This document shows, piece after piece, positions 50,980-61,855 of a DNA stretch of 64,000 nucleotides. The stretch is from Protoeuglena noctilucae. Its lineage: Eukaryota. Position 1 is the first letter of the stretch, and each line of letters opens with the position of its first letter. The DNA lies in NCBI GenBank assembly GCA_958009085.1, contig OY253685.1, forward strand, positions 62,001-126,000, read 5' to 3'. A program made the position numbers and the translations under genes. Under the pieces are notes generated by a model. That model was not told where the DNA came from, ran no database searches, and saw only the letters and a program-made list of their open reading frames with translations.

Positions 50980-51463
50980 CCTCCGCAGCTGTCGTCAAGG
51001 ACTCCGGACCGAGGGGTGCGTTTTATGCCTCCGCAGTGCCTCCCTTCGCATGTACATGCGCAGTGCGTTCAGCCTGTTGATTTCCGGAGAGTGCAGAGCA
51101 TGCTTGCGAGAAAAACGGAGAGAGTGTTTGGCGTCAGGCGGGAAGCCGCGCCACGCTCCTCTCACGGCTAGTATCTGCCACCGAGGCGGTTGGCGATCAA
51201 CTTCGACTGCGAAAAAGCAAACGGGCGGATCCACGGGCGCAGGTGCGCCGAGAGCGCGGAATTGGTCGCCCCGGTGAGCGTTGCATCGACACGGCTGACA
51301 TGATCAGGCTGAGGAGCCCATCTGACGCGTGTCATGGATGCGCGGCTCGCGCGGTTGTTCTCCAGATTCGGACGGCCTGCGTCGGGCACGCGAAAGGAGG
51401 CGCGCAGACGCTAGGACGCTTGCGGACTGTCGATCGGTTGGCCCCGAGGGCGCGGTGGGCCCG

Positions 51464-54145
51464 ATGGGTTTGAGACGCATCTCCGCCACGCATGCGTCGC
51501 TTCGTGGGATAGGCGCGGCGCTGGTCCTCGTGTCCCTCGCGTATCTGGGGACGCGAGCGGCCCTTCCTTTCATGCGCGGTGAGATTCTCCCCGCGCGCGT
51601 CCCTGGCCCGGCGATCTCGCATCTGCGTCGGCTTTTGGTGTCTCCTTGACTTTATCTCATGGTCGGCCCGGACGCGACGGGCTCCGGCCGCGTCCAGGCG
51701 CTCCGGGGTCGCCTACAGCACAGGGCCGCGCATTCTGCGTCGCGCCGCGCCTTGGATCGACTTTTTTGGGATCGTCCAGAGCGTCCACGCGTCTCTTTTG
51801 CAACATGTTGTTTGCGAATGCGCTGCGCTTGCGCAGACGTGCCCCTCGACGCCGCGAGACAGGTTTTGATGTCCCCGTAAAGCACCTGGCGTCCCCGGCC
51901 CTTTCCGCAGGGGGTGTTTTGACGGATCAATGGGGCAGCATCGCGCGTGAGAATGCCGTCGTGGACGTGGACCAGGGCGCCTTCTTCGGGACGCACGGAG
52001 ACGCAACAGAGGCCCTCCCAGCGGGCGTGGACACTTGCGGTCTCCGCGGCCCCATCGGGGGCCCCTGCGGCTGTGACTACGCCTCCGTGAATCGTCTCAA
52101 TCGCGATCACGTCCACCCGATCGTGTCCTCGCTCGTCCGCACCCCGTTCTTCCGCTACTTTAAGGTCGACCTCCACTGCGACTGCCCCCTGTGGCCCGAC
52201 GACAGCATGTGGTGAGCATGCGTGGTGGTGGGCGATAGCTGGCAGCGTGGTGAGCATTGGTTGGGTAGGCCGCTGCCTCTCCCCGCCCTCTTCTCGCACC
52301 CCATGCCTGCACACATCCCCTTCCCCAACCCCCCTCATCTCCCTCCCCCCCCACACAGCGCCATGCCCACGTGTTCCGTGGACGAGTGCTGTGCCCAGGA
52401 CCCGGTTCCAGAGGCCCTCCTCCTCTTAGACAAGCAGCAGTGCGGGAGCCGAGGGGTGGCAATGGGAGAGGGTGCTGTGGACCGAGCGGTCGAGGCCGGG
52501 ATGCGCGGGGAGCGTGGCACGACGGGCGCAGCTGGGCTGTACTGGCGGGGCACGGTCAATCCCTGGCACCAGGACCCGAAGGATGAGTCCGAATGCACGT
52601 ATGTGAACCTGATCCGGAACCCTGAGAGGTACACGGGGTACCGGGGCGAGCACGCGCACCGGGTGTGGCGCACCGTCTACGCGCTGGGGTGCCTGGGGGA
52701 GGGGGGCGGGACGGCGGAGGCAGCGGCGGCGGCGGTGGGGGCGCGGGCGGCGGTGGGGATGGAGGATTGGGGGTCGCGGTGCGGGGAGGACGGGGTGGTG
52801 CTGATGCGGCTGCTGTCGGGGATGCACGCGTCGATCGCCGCCCACATCGCCAAGGGGTACCCCGTGGATGGGGGCGCGGGGGATGCGTGGGGGGAGAACG
52901 TGGGGCTGTTCCTGGACAGGTGAGGAGTGGGGTGGGGGTAGTAGTAGGAGTGGGGCAGTCATTGAAAAAGCAGGGCTGTGGAGTTGCCTGTCCCACCATG
53001 CAAGCACCGACCCACTCGCCTGCATGCATCACAACTGCCCTTCTTACGTCGCCTCACCGCAACACCCCATGACTCCTTAACCCGTCTGTCATATCCTCCT
53101 CCCCACCTCCAGGCTGGGCCGCCCCGAGCACCGCGGTCGGTTGGAGAACCTCTACTTCACCTACCTCTTCACTTTGCGTGCGGTGGTCAAGGCGGGCCCC
53201 GTGCTGCGATCGGCGGAGATCCAATCGGGTTTTACAGAGGACGATGAGAGGGCCATGGAGATGCTGGGGCGGCTGCTGGGGGACCCGGGGGCGATGGGTG
53301 CCTGCCCGGTGCCCTTTGACGAGACGCTGGTGTTTGGGGGAGAAGGAGCGGGGGAGGTGAGAGTGGATGAGACGTTGGTGTTTGGGGGAGAAGGAGCGGG
53401 GGAGGTGAGAGGGTGTGGGGGGGAGGTGACAGTGGGAGGACTGTAGGTTGCGAGGGGTGCCATCCCATGACTTGCTCTAGTTTTTTATCTTTCGTTCACA
53501 GCATGCACAAGTCTTACCCCAACCCTGTGTAACACACATTCCCTCACGTCCCTCCCCCCCCCAGCGCAAGTCCCGCGTGCAGTCTGCCTTCCGCGCCATC
53601 ACGCGCGCGATGGACTGCGTGGGGTGCGAGAAGTGCAAGCTGTGGGGCAAGCTGCAGGTGCTGGGCATGGCCACGGCACTCAAGGTCAATTTCCATGAGT
53701 CGGAGGGAGGGGAGCTGTCCCTGGACCGGAACGAGATGGTGGCACTGGTCAACTTCCTGGGAAGGCTGTCGAGCTCGCTGGAGGCGGTCAGGCATTTCAG
53801 GTGAGGACTGAGATTGGGCTAGTGAGATGATGTGATGGTGATGGAGGAGTGGGATGGTGCGATCTTGTGACAATGTGATGATATGGTCGGCAGTTTATCA
53901 ACTGTCAGTGACAGGAAGTCGCTGCCAATCCTACCTCACTCAGCCCACCTCACTCTCCCCTTCGCAGTCCCCACGTGTTGGATGTGGAGGCGCGGGGCGG
54001 CTGGGCCCATGTCCCGAGCACGGGCACATGGGACCCTGTGCTGGGGGAAGTGGCACTGCCGAAGCCGACGCTCACGACAATCAACCCATCCGCGGCCAAG
54101 GCGGACGCGTGGGGGGCGGGGGCGGGCAGGACGAGCGTGTTTTGA
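51464..54145 (+). CDS. ERO1: Endoplasmic reticulum oxidoreductin 1
   Basis: N-terminal hydrophobic signal/anchor; FFRYFKVDLHCDCPLWPDDSMC, YVNLIRNPERYTGY, RLLSGMHASI, ENLYFTY, MDCVGCEKCKLWGKLQ (CxxCxxC). Confidence 0.95.
53318..53411 (+). repeat. 48-nt tandem duplication of an ERO1 exon end plus donor
   Basis: GACGAGACGCTGGTG...GAG|GTGAGAG versus GATGAGACGTTGGTG...GAG|GTGAGAG. Confidence 0.92.
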
Positions 54146-54381
54146 ATATGTGGGTGGGTTGCATGGGAATGTGCGATGGAGGCGAGGGGTGGTGGTGGGA
54201 GGAATAGAGGGGCACAGTGGGTGCGGTTGGCAGCAGGGGGCACTTTGCGAGTCGATAGCCGTCTCGCAGTGATTCAAAACAATGCACTGATGAGGCATGC
54301 GTGCACATATCTCGCGTCACGCTTGTCCACTTCGCAAGTCACGATAAGAATAAGCGAGTCATGACCACGGGTGTGCGTCTG

Positions 54382-57080
54382 TCACCAGTAGATGCCCATT
54401 CCCAGCCACTGAGGGTCCTGCTCGACCATCCAAGGGGCCTTGTTCAGCAGAACCCTGCGAGGGTGTGAGTGCAATAGAGACGCTCTGTGCATGGCCTCCA
54501 TCGGCTGTGCTGTGCTGTGCAACCCACCACTCCCTCACCCTCTGCCATTCCCCTCACCTCTTGCACCCCTTGGCCGCCTCCCTCAGCACCGCCCGCCGCC
54601 TGTCCGGCCGCACCGCCCCCGCCTCCTCTGGGAACCACACCCCAGGCTCTGAGACGTAGAGAGAACTCAAGACTCGGTAATTATGACTCAACAACACTTG
54701 ATGGGTCAGGTGACAGAGTTTCTTGACATGCTGGCCCTGTGCTGGTACCCTGGTATGGTACGACGGACCATCGTGAAGCAAGCATAGTACTACACAACCA
54801 ATCAAACAACCAACAGCTTGCCATCCTCAGGGGCCCAATCACTTTGACCATTCCTCGTGCTGCCCCTCACCCGTCTGCCCCCTTGCCACCTCCAGTGCCA
54901 CGGCTGCCGTGCACGCCCCCACAGACTCGCTCAGCTTGTCGTGCACCCACAGACCCACGGCCGCCTTGCCGTCCTCGAACTGCGACAAAGGGACATGAAA
55001 AAAGGCTCTCTTTGATCCCAGAGAGGGTGTGACTATGTCCGTTGTCGATTGCTGAGCGTAGAGAGGTCCCTGCCATTGCGGGCCCCATCCCGCACCCCCT
55101 CACCTCCACATCCACCCGCATTGCCACCTGCCCCTCACCTCCACATCCACCCGCATGGCTACTTGCTCCCCCGCGATCGGATCCAGCGCCCGCACCAGCG
55201 GCCCCAGGACCTTTGTTAGCCCCCGGACCGCATCGGGACTCTGCAGCACGTTCCTTGGCAGCAAACGTGCTGCCAGCACCATGCCCCAGTTCCACACCTC
55301 CGGGGCCGTACCGAACCGCGCCGACAAGCTCGGGACGCCCAGGTTCCTGAGAGGGGCGGGAGCAGGGCATGCAGGAGTGAGTTGACAAAGAAAAGCAGCC
55401 CATGATTTGTTTCAGCTGGGTGGACGATGGGTGGAAGACAATGGGTGGAAGGGGTATATTATGTGGGGTGTCGGGACATGCTATGCTTACTACTGCATCG
55501 GTTCTCATGGGTGGATTCTCACGAGTGGCGCTACCGCACATGCCCTCTGTGAAATCATTGTTTCACCGGTCCAACCACCCTGTGCCTCGCCTGTGGCAGG
55601 AGATGACCTCTGGCAGGTTGTAGAGGTATACGGTCTTGCGCCCCACCCCGGGGCCAAAGTCCACGACGCGAGGGGAGCTCACGGGGGGGAGGGTCTTCTC
55701 CTCACCGTCCAGGAACACTGCGAGTGTGATGCGAGGGGGGTGTTTGTTGTTCAAGGGTGCTCCAGGGTGCCCAGGGTGGTCACAGTGGGGTGAGGGTAGG
55801 GGTCAGCGTCACACGACATGGTGAAGCGACAGAAGGCGAGGATGGCAATGGACACTGGTTGAGTGCAACAGTCGGTGTTTCCCACCCCACCCTCGCTCCC
55901 CACCTGTCACGTCTTCCCCCGCCAGGAGCAGACTCGTGTCGAGGATGGTGGGCCCTGCGCCGCCCGTGCCTGCCGTGAAGTAGGAGAACAGGAGACGCTG
56001 CGAGGGGAGACAGAGAGGGCATTGGACACTGCAACGGTACACGTGCCTGACACTGCATGGCGCCCTCTCTGCCACCCCGCGTGCCCCTCACTGTCCCTGC
56101 CACTGCCCCCGCCCATCTCCCCCGCTCTCACCTCACCATCTGCACCACATGCATCCACCTCCGCCCATCCGCTCACCTTGGCGCGGGCAGTGGCAACCGG
56201 TGTCCCGTCGCTGCCCACGCGCGCCGACGCAAGCATCTCCGCGGCCATGATGTTGGACACGCCCGGGTAGATACCCGCGGTGGTCACGCAGGGGACGCCT
56301 TTGGCTTTCGCCTCTTTGTGAAGGGCCTTGCAGGCCATGGCGGTTGACGCGTCGTCACAAACGTCCACGTAGGCCCTGCCGGCCGCGATGCACGCGCGGA
56401 GGACTGCGTCAGAGCGAGCGACACGGATACGGGTCATAGGGAGCGTGGCATTGTGAGGGAGGGCGCCTGGCCGGCGTGAGAGTCAGCCTCACCGGAGGTT
56501 GGGTCACGGCTCCGCTGGAAAGGACCCGCGCAATGCACCACGACGTCGCAGTTGCTGATCGCGGCGAGCAGGGAGCGCTCGTCCGTCGCGTCGCACTGCA
56601 CAAAGTCGCAGGGTCCCAGCGATGGGCGCAGCTGCACCGCGGCCTGCTGGCTCGCACGAGAGCGCCCCGCCAACACGACCTTCACCCCGTCCTCCGCCTG
56701 GAGAAGGCTCTGCAGGAACGATCCAAGGACACGGCACCGAGATCGGCTTTCGGAGGGCCCCGTGCGGTGCCCGGCCAACGGATCGCCACGCACACTCGGC
56801 AGGGGCTGCCGATGGCGCGACTGGCCTGCGCGGTGGAAGCCCCGACGCGCCCGCATCCTCCCAAAACAAGAACCGTCTTCCCCGCCGCGGAGGCGCCTCC
56901 AGCAGATCCCTCCGCGCCCCGCGACGCCGTTGATGGCTCGGCACCAACGCGCACGCGATGCGCGGCTACGCGTGCGCGAGCTGGCCCCCACACGATGGGT
57001 CCCGACGGACTTAAGTGAGGGCATCCAAGCGCACATCTGCGGGTCTGACCGCCCGCACACGCCGTCAGGGGCCCCGCCAT
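54382..57080 (-). CDS. Saccharopine-dehydrogenase-like NAD(P)-binding oxidoreductase, probably plastid-targeted
   Basis: Rossmann VLVLGGCGRVG, VVHCAGPFQ, YVDVCDD, GIYPGVSN, YFTAGTGGAGPTIL, PGVWFPEE, NKAPWMVE; nine exons. Confidence 0.88.
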
Positions 57081-57659
57081 GATTGGCCCTCAACACGGCC
57101 GCTGATTCGTCACGATCAAACGCAGCCGAGTCGAGACTGGAGTGAGCTCGTACTGCGGCATGCACCCGCCTGGCCCACGCGGACATCGACGCCGGCGCCT
57201 GCTGCAAGTCATGTCGGCACGCCAGGCGGGGTCTCCCCTGGCTTGCCCGGCTACGACCGCGGGGCCCGGGACGGGCGCAGCTGCATGTGGTGCAGCCACG
57301 CGAGCGTCATCCTCATGCTCTGACCCGCGAGCGCTGAAACGCTCTCGAGCGGGGCCCTAGGCAGTTAAAGGTCGTGGCACGTCTTCTGGGCGTGCGCGGC
57401 GCTAGGAAGGCCGGGAGGGGCGCTGGAGCGACGCGTGAGTGGGCCACGGGGCTGTGGGGCAGGATGCGGCGGTTGTCGGGGCCTCGGACGCCGCGGCTGC
57501 GGCTGCTGATGTGACGCGTGTTTGGGCAGGCGCCCACGGTGCGCGGGGGCCGTGTCCGCAGGTCGGCGTGCAGCGCAAGGCGGAGGTCAGGCTCATCAGC
57601 GTCGCAGATCACCATGGAAGGGGGTCCGCGCGTGGGTGAGGCGCGCAGAGGGAGGGCTT

Positions 57660-59093
57660 ATGGATGCGTCAGCGCAGCGGTGGCCTCGTGGCGACTTTCG
57701 TGTTCCGCTGGCCGGCGCAGGGTGGGGCGACCTGCCCGGGGAGCTGCATCGCGAGATCCTGCGGCTGGTGCCGCTGTGCGACGCGACGGCGGCGCGGGGC
57801 GCGTCGCGGGAGATGCGCGACGAGGTGGACGAGGTGTGGAGGGCGTGGGGCATCCGGGCCGCGGCGGAGAATAGGCGGGACGTCATCCGCTGGCGCGTGG
57901 AAGACCAATGCTTGCGGATGGCGCTTGACTTCGGTCCGCTGGTGGTGTGGGCGTTCGAGGCGTTCCATGCACACCACCTGGCGAGCATGGGCCTGTGGCG
58001 GCTGGCGGTGCTGGTGGCGAAGGCGCCAGACCTTAACGACATTTCCTGGGCCGTGCCTTACTCGGGATTCGAGCAATCCCCGCTGATGGTGGCGGTGCAG
58101 GCGCGGTGGCCGGCCGGGCGCGGGGCGGACGGCAAGGTGGAGTGGGCGCACGCGCTGGGGGACGAGGAGGTGGCGCGGATGGTGCGGGCGGCGGTTGGCA
58201 TGGGGGTGGACGTCAACCGGCAGCATCGGGGGGCTTGGCCGCTGATGACGTACTGCGCAGCGCGGGGCTGCTTGGAGGCAGTCAAGGCGTGCCTGGCAGC
58301 GGGGGCGGAGGTGGACGCTATCGTTCCCGGCACGCGGGCTGGGTGCAGTAGGCCTAGTTCATGGTGGACGGCGCTGCTGCATGCGGCACGGGTCGGTCAC
58401 GAGGCGGTGGTGGCAGAGATGCTGGAGGCGGGGGCGTCGGTGAAGATCGGGCCTGAGGGCAAGGAGGACGCCTTGCTGGTGGTGTGCGACGGTGACACGA
58501 CGCCCGGCATCGTGAGGCGGCTGGTGGAGGCGGGAGCGAACATCCACTATCGCAAGTATAACAGGTCGGCCCTCACTAATGCGGCACGTCGCGGCAATCT
58601 GGCCGTGATGGATACTCTGGCGGAGCTGGGGGCCCGAGTTGCGCGGACGAAAATTGGACGGAAAGCGATGGAAGGCGCGGCGAACGGGGAGGTGGTGCGG
58701 TGGCTGGCGGCGCGTGGGGTGAGCGTGCAGGGCCATCGAGGCGAGGACTCCCCCCTCCATTATGCCTGTGAGGGTGGCCGCGTCGATGTTGTCCGTGCGC
58801 TGATCGAGCTGGGTGCGGATGTCAACCGCGAGAATGACATGGGGCAGACGCCTCTCACTATCGCGGTGCAATGCTCGGGAGAGCAAGGGGCCGTGGAGAT
58901 GACGCGGCTGCTGCTTGAGGCGGGGGCGGATGCCAATGCTATGGATGAAGATGGGTGCGCGCCCCTGGACTGCGCCAGGCACGAGGCGTGCAAGGCCCTG
59001 CTGCGTGGCGCCGGGGCGTACCCAGGCGAGTGGTGCGACTACTCGGAGAGCGAATTTGAGGACTTCGATTCCGAGGGCGATTTCTCCTTTTGA
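57660..59093 (+). CDS. F-box-like + ankyrin repeat protein, intronless
   Basis: WGDLPGELHREILRLV F-box-like N-terminus; multiple ankyrin repeats (SPLHYACEGGRVDVVRALIELGADVN, GQTPLTIA, LLLEAGADAN). Confidence 0.85.
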   Translation: MDASAQRWPRGDFRVPLAGAGWGDLPGELHREILRLVPLCDATAARGASREMRDEVDEVWRAWGIRAAAENRRDVIRWRVEDQCLRMALDFGPLVVWAFEAFHAHHLASMGLWRLAVLVAKAPDLNDISWAVPYSGFEQSPLMVAVQARWPAGRGADGKVEWAHALGDEEVARMVRAAVGMGVDVNRQHRGAWPLMTYCAARGCLEAVKACLAAGAEVDAIVPGTRAGCSRPSSWWTALLHAARVGHEAVVAEMLEAGASVKIGPEGKEDALLVVCDGDTTPGIVRRLVEAGANIHYRKYNRSALTNAARRGNLAVMDTLAELGARVARTKIGRKAMEGAANGEVVRWLAARGVSVQGHRGEDSPLHYACEGGRVDVVRALIELGADVNRENDMGQTPLTIAVQCSGEQGAVEMTRLLLEAGADANAMDEDGCAPLDCARHEACKALLRGAGAYPGEWCDYSESEFEDFDSEGDFSF

Positions 59094-59914
59094 GCCAAAT
59101 CGTGGACGTGGTCGAGGTGGTGGTGCGCAATGGCCCAGCGGGCTGTGGCTGTTGCCGAGGGTAGTGCAGTTGTGGGGCGGCTGCTTGGCGGCTGTTTGGC
59201 GGGGTGGTACCGGGGAGTGGCGCGCAAGCGAGCAGCGCGTATGGTTGCATGGTTGCCTTGCGGATGTCATGCAGCCTCGATGGCCGAGAGCATGAGCGTA
59301 TGCTGGCTGAGCCGTAGCAATCGTTGGAGGCCATACTCCCAGGCAGCAGGCTGGGGCAGCTTGAATACGTGCACAGCTGTGCAAGTGGGCGCACGGATGC
59401 AAGGCCCGACAGGTGTCTGGACATGCGACTTGCTCGTCACGCTGACACAGCGAAGGGGTGCGCATGTCCCGCGCGCAGCCAAAGTACAGCAAGGGCCATG
59501 CAGTGGTCGCAGACAGCTGTCAGTCCTGCTTTCCATGCAGCGCCACGGGCAGCCCAGCGCCCTGCCAGCCAAGACACCTGCGCGACGCCCCAATCATATG
59601 CGAGGCCATTACTGATTTTGTGGCTCAGCTGTTCGGGACTCGACTTGTCCAGAGTGTCTCGAGTCAAGTCACAGGCCACAGCTTGGCATCGGAATGCGCG
59701 AGTGCTGGTGGCTGGTGCCACAAACGCCGCAGCCCAGCTGTCCCGTTGCACAGCAGTAAGTTCGCTTCAAAACTGAACAGCGTAGAACGCAGCACGCATC
59801 TCGCCAAGTCCGATTGCACGACCAACCCAGTGGCTGCCCGCTGCGGGGGCCCTCGACGCTGCGAGGCGGGCAGCCCACCCATGCACCCCGCTCGACCCCA
59901 GCGCCATAGCGCGC

Positions 59915-60843
59915 TTAGGCGGTGGCGGCGGCGGTCTTGGCGATGGGCACGTCGTACCGCAGCTTGTGGCCCTTGGCCTCCATCGTGTAGCCCACCACCT
60001 TGGTCGTGGGGGTCGCGCAGCACTTGGTGGGCTCCTTCTCCTCCGTGGCCTTCACCTCGGCCTTGGTCACGAGCTCCACCTTCGAGCCGTTCTTGATGAA
60101 CTTCTCGCGGTCCTCCTCGAAGATGAGGGGGAGCGTCGTCTTCTCCTTCTTGTTCGCGTCCACGGGGGCGCTAAGGATCTTGACGGCCTGGTCCTTGTTC
60201 TTGAACTTGTCAATGTTGATCTCCTTGCCCGAGTTCTTGGGCACGAAGAAGCCCTGGATCTTGACCTTCTTGCCGTTGATCACCACCTCGTCGTCGACGT
60301 ACTCGCCGAGCTCGTCCGCCTTGGCGATGCTCACGCCTGCGCGGGCGGGGAGGGGTGGCGGGGGCTCGCGCCTCGATGCGCCCCGGGACCGGCCGCATGC
60401 CCGCGCACTGATCGCCGGCCGCATCAAAAGTGCCAAACAGGCTGCACAGACGGTGCATCGCCCGCATCCCCTGCCGGGCGGGGCGCGACGGGCCCCGGGG
60501 AGCAGCCGGCCGCGCGCGCCCCTCACTCATGGTCATGTAGTAGTAGACCGCGGCGGCCACGGAGATGACCACGCCCAGGGCGAGGGCGATCTTGTAGATG
60601 GTCGGCATGCCCTTGAGGGCGGCCTGCAACGGTAGGGGGACGGGGGGCCGATTGGCGGAAGCGAGAGCGGGAGCCGGACGCCGAGCGGCCCGTTCTCCGC
60701 GTGACAAGGCGCTGAGACCGGGCTGACCGCCCCCGGGGCGCCCCGGCGTGCCCCGGGGCCCTTGGCAGGGCCCGAGATGTGAGGGGCCCGCTCGGCGGCT
60801 CGCCACGCCGACTCACCCCGACGGAAGCGATAGCGGCCTTCAT
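59915..60843 (-). CDS. Small hypothetical single-pass membrane protein, Lys-rich
   Basis: Three exons (60843-60817, 60623-60533, 60336-59915) with strongly G/C-ending codons; hydrophobic segment IALALGVVISVAAAVYYYM. Confidence 0.7.
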
Positions 60844-61855
60844 TTTATCACGCGAGACAGCAGAGACTCTGCGGGGAGCACGGGGAGGCCCAGGATCGCG
60901 GACTCGACGGCCGCCCTTCGTGGCCCAAGCTGCGTTGGGCAGGCCGATGCGGCGCTGGGGAGGGGGCAAGGACGCGTGCTCCAAGACCCGCGCATTAAAC
61001 GCGGACGAAAACGCTTCCCCGCAGCCCCGGGGATCGGGGGCGCACGTTCCCGCGCGGGCGCGCGTCCGTCGCGCCAACAATGGCGAGGAGGCCCGCGCGG
61101 GGGCGGGGAAACGGGCACCGCGGGGGCGTGCGAGTGGAATTCGCTCCAATGCGAGCCGTGGGCGCGGCGAGGACCGCGGGGGAGCGGGGACGCGCCCGCT
61201 TCCGGCCGACCAAACTGCTCCCTTGCGAGCCGGCGAAAGTGGCCGAGCGGGGACGTGGAACGGGAACAGGAGGCTCCACGCGTCGCAACAGGAGGCAAAT
61301 TCCCCGGGCAAGACGGCGACGCGCTGCCGGAGGCCCGGCGCGCGGCGGCAGACCCCCGGGGAGCCCCTGGCCTCCCGGGGCGCCCGGCAGCCCGCCGACG
61401 CGCGAGGCAGCGCAGCGTTATGCGAGCAACGCATCCTCGTCTCGGCGGCGACGCGGTCAGCGGCCGCGTCACGGCGGATGGCCGGGCCCGGCGTTGAGCA
61501 GCGGGGACCGGCGCGCGAACCCCTTGCTCACCTGTGTGGAGTTGAGGCGAATGAGGGCTCGAGAACTTCTGCCCGGCAAGGCGCCTCCGCGCGCGGTCAA
61601 GTGCCCGACAGATCCAGACGCGGCCCCTGACGTCAGGCAGGCGTCAAGTTGAAGTTGGTCTGGGGTCTGGGGTCAGCGTCGCGCCTATGGATGCGCACTT
61701 CACCACTGGCAGCCAGGCGCCGCCGCCCGCGTGACCTCCTGCCGCGCCTCTGCGGTCGTCAGCCCCCCGTCGTTGCAGGCCGCAGCGTGGCCCGGACGCG
61801 TGGCAAAGGAGTGTATCGATCGGGCCGTGCGGCGGGACAAGCGTGTTCTGTGCAC

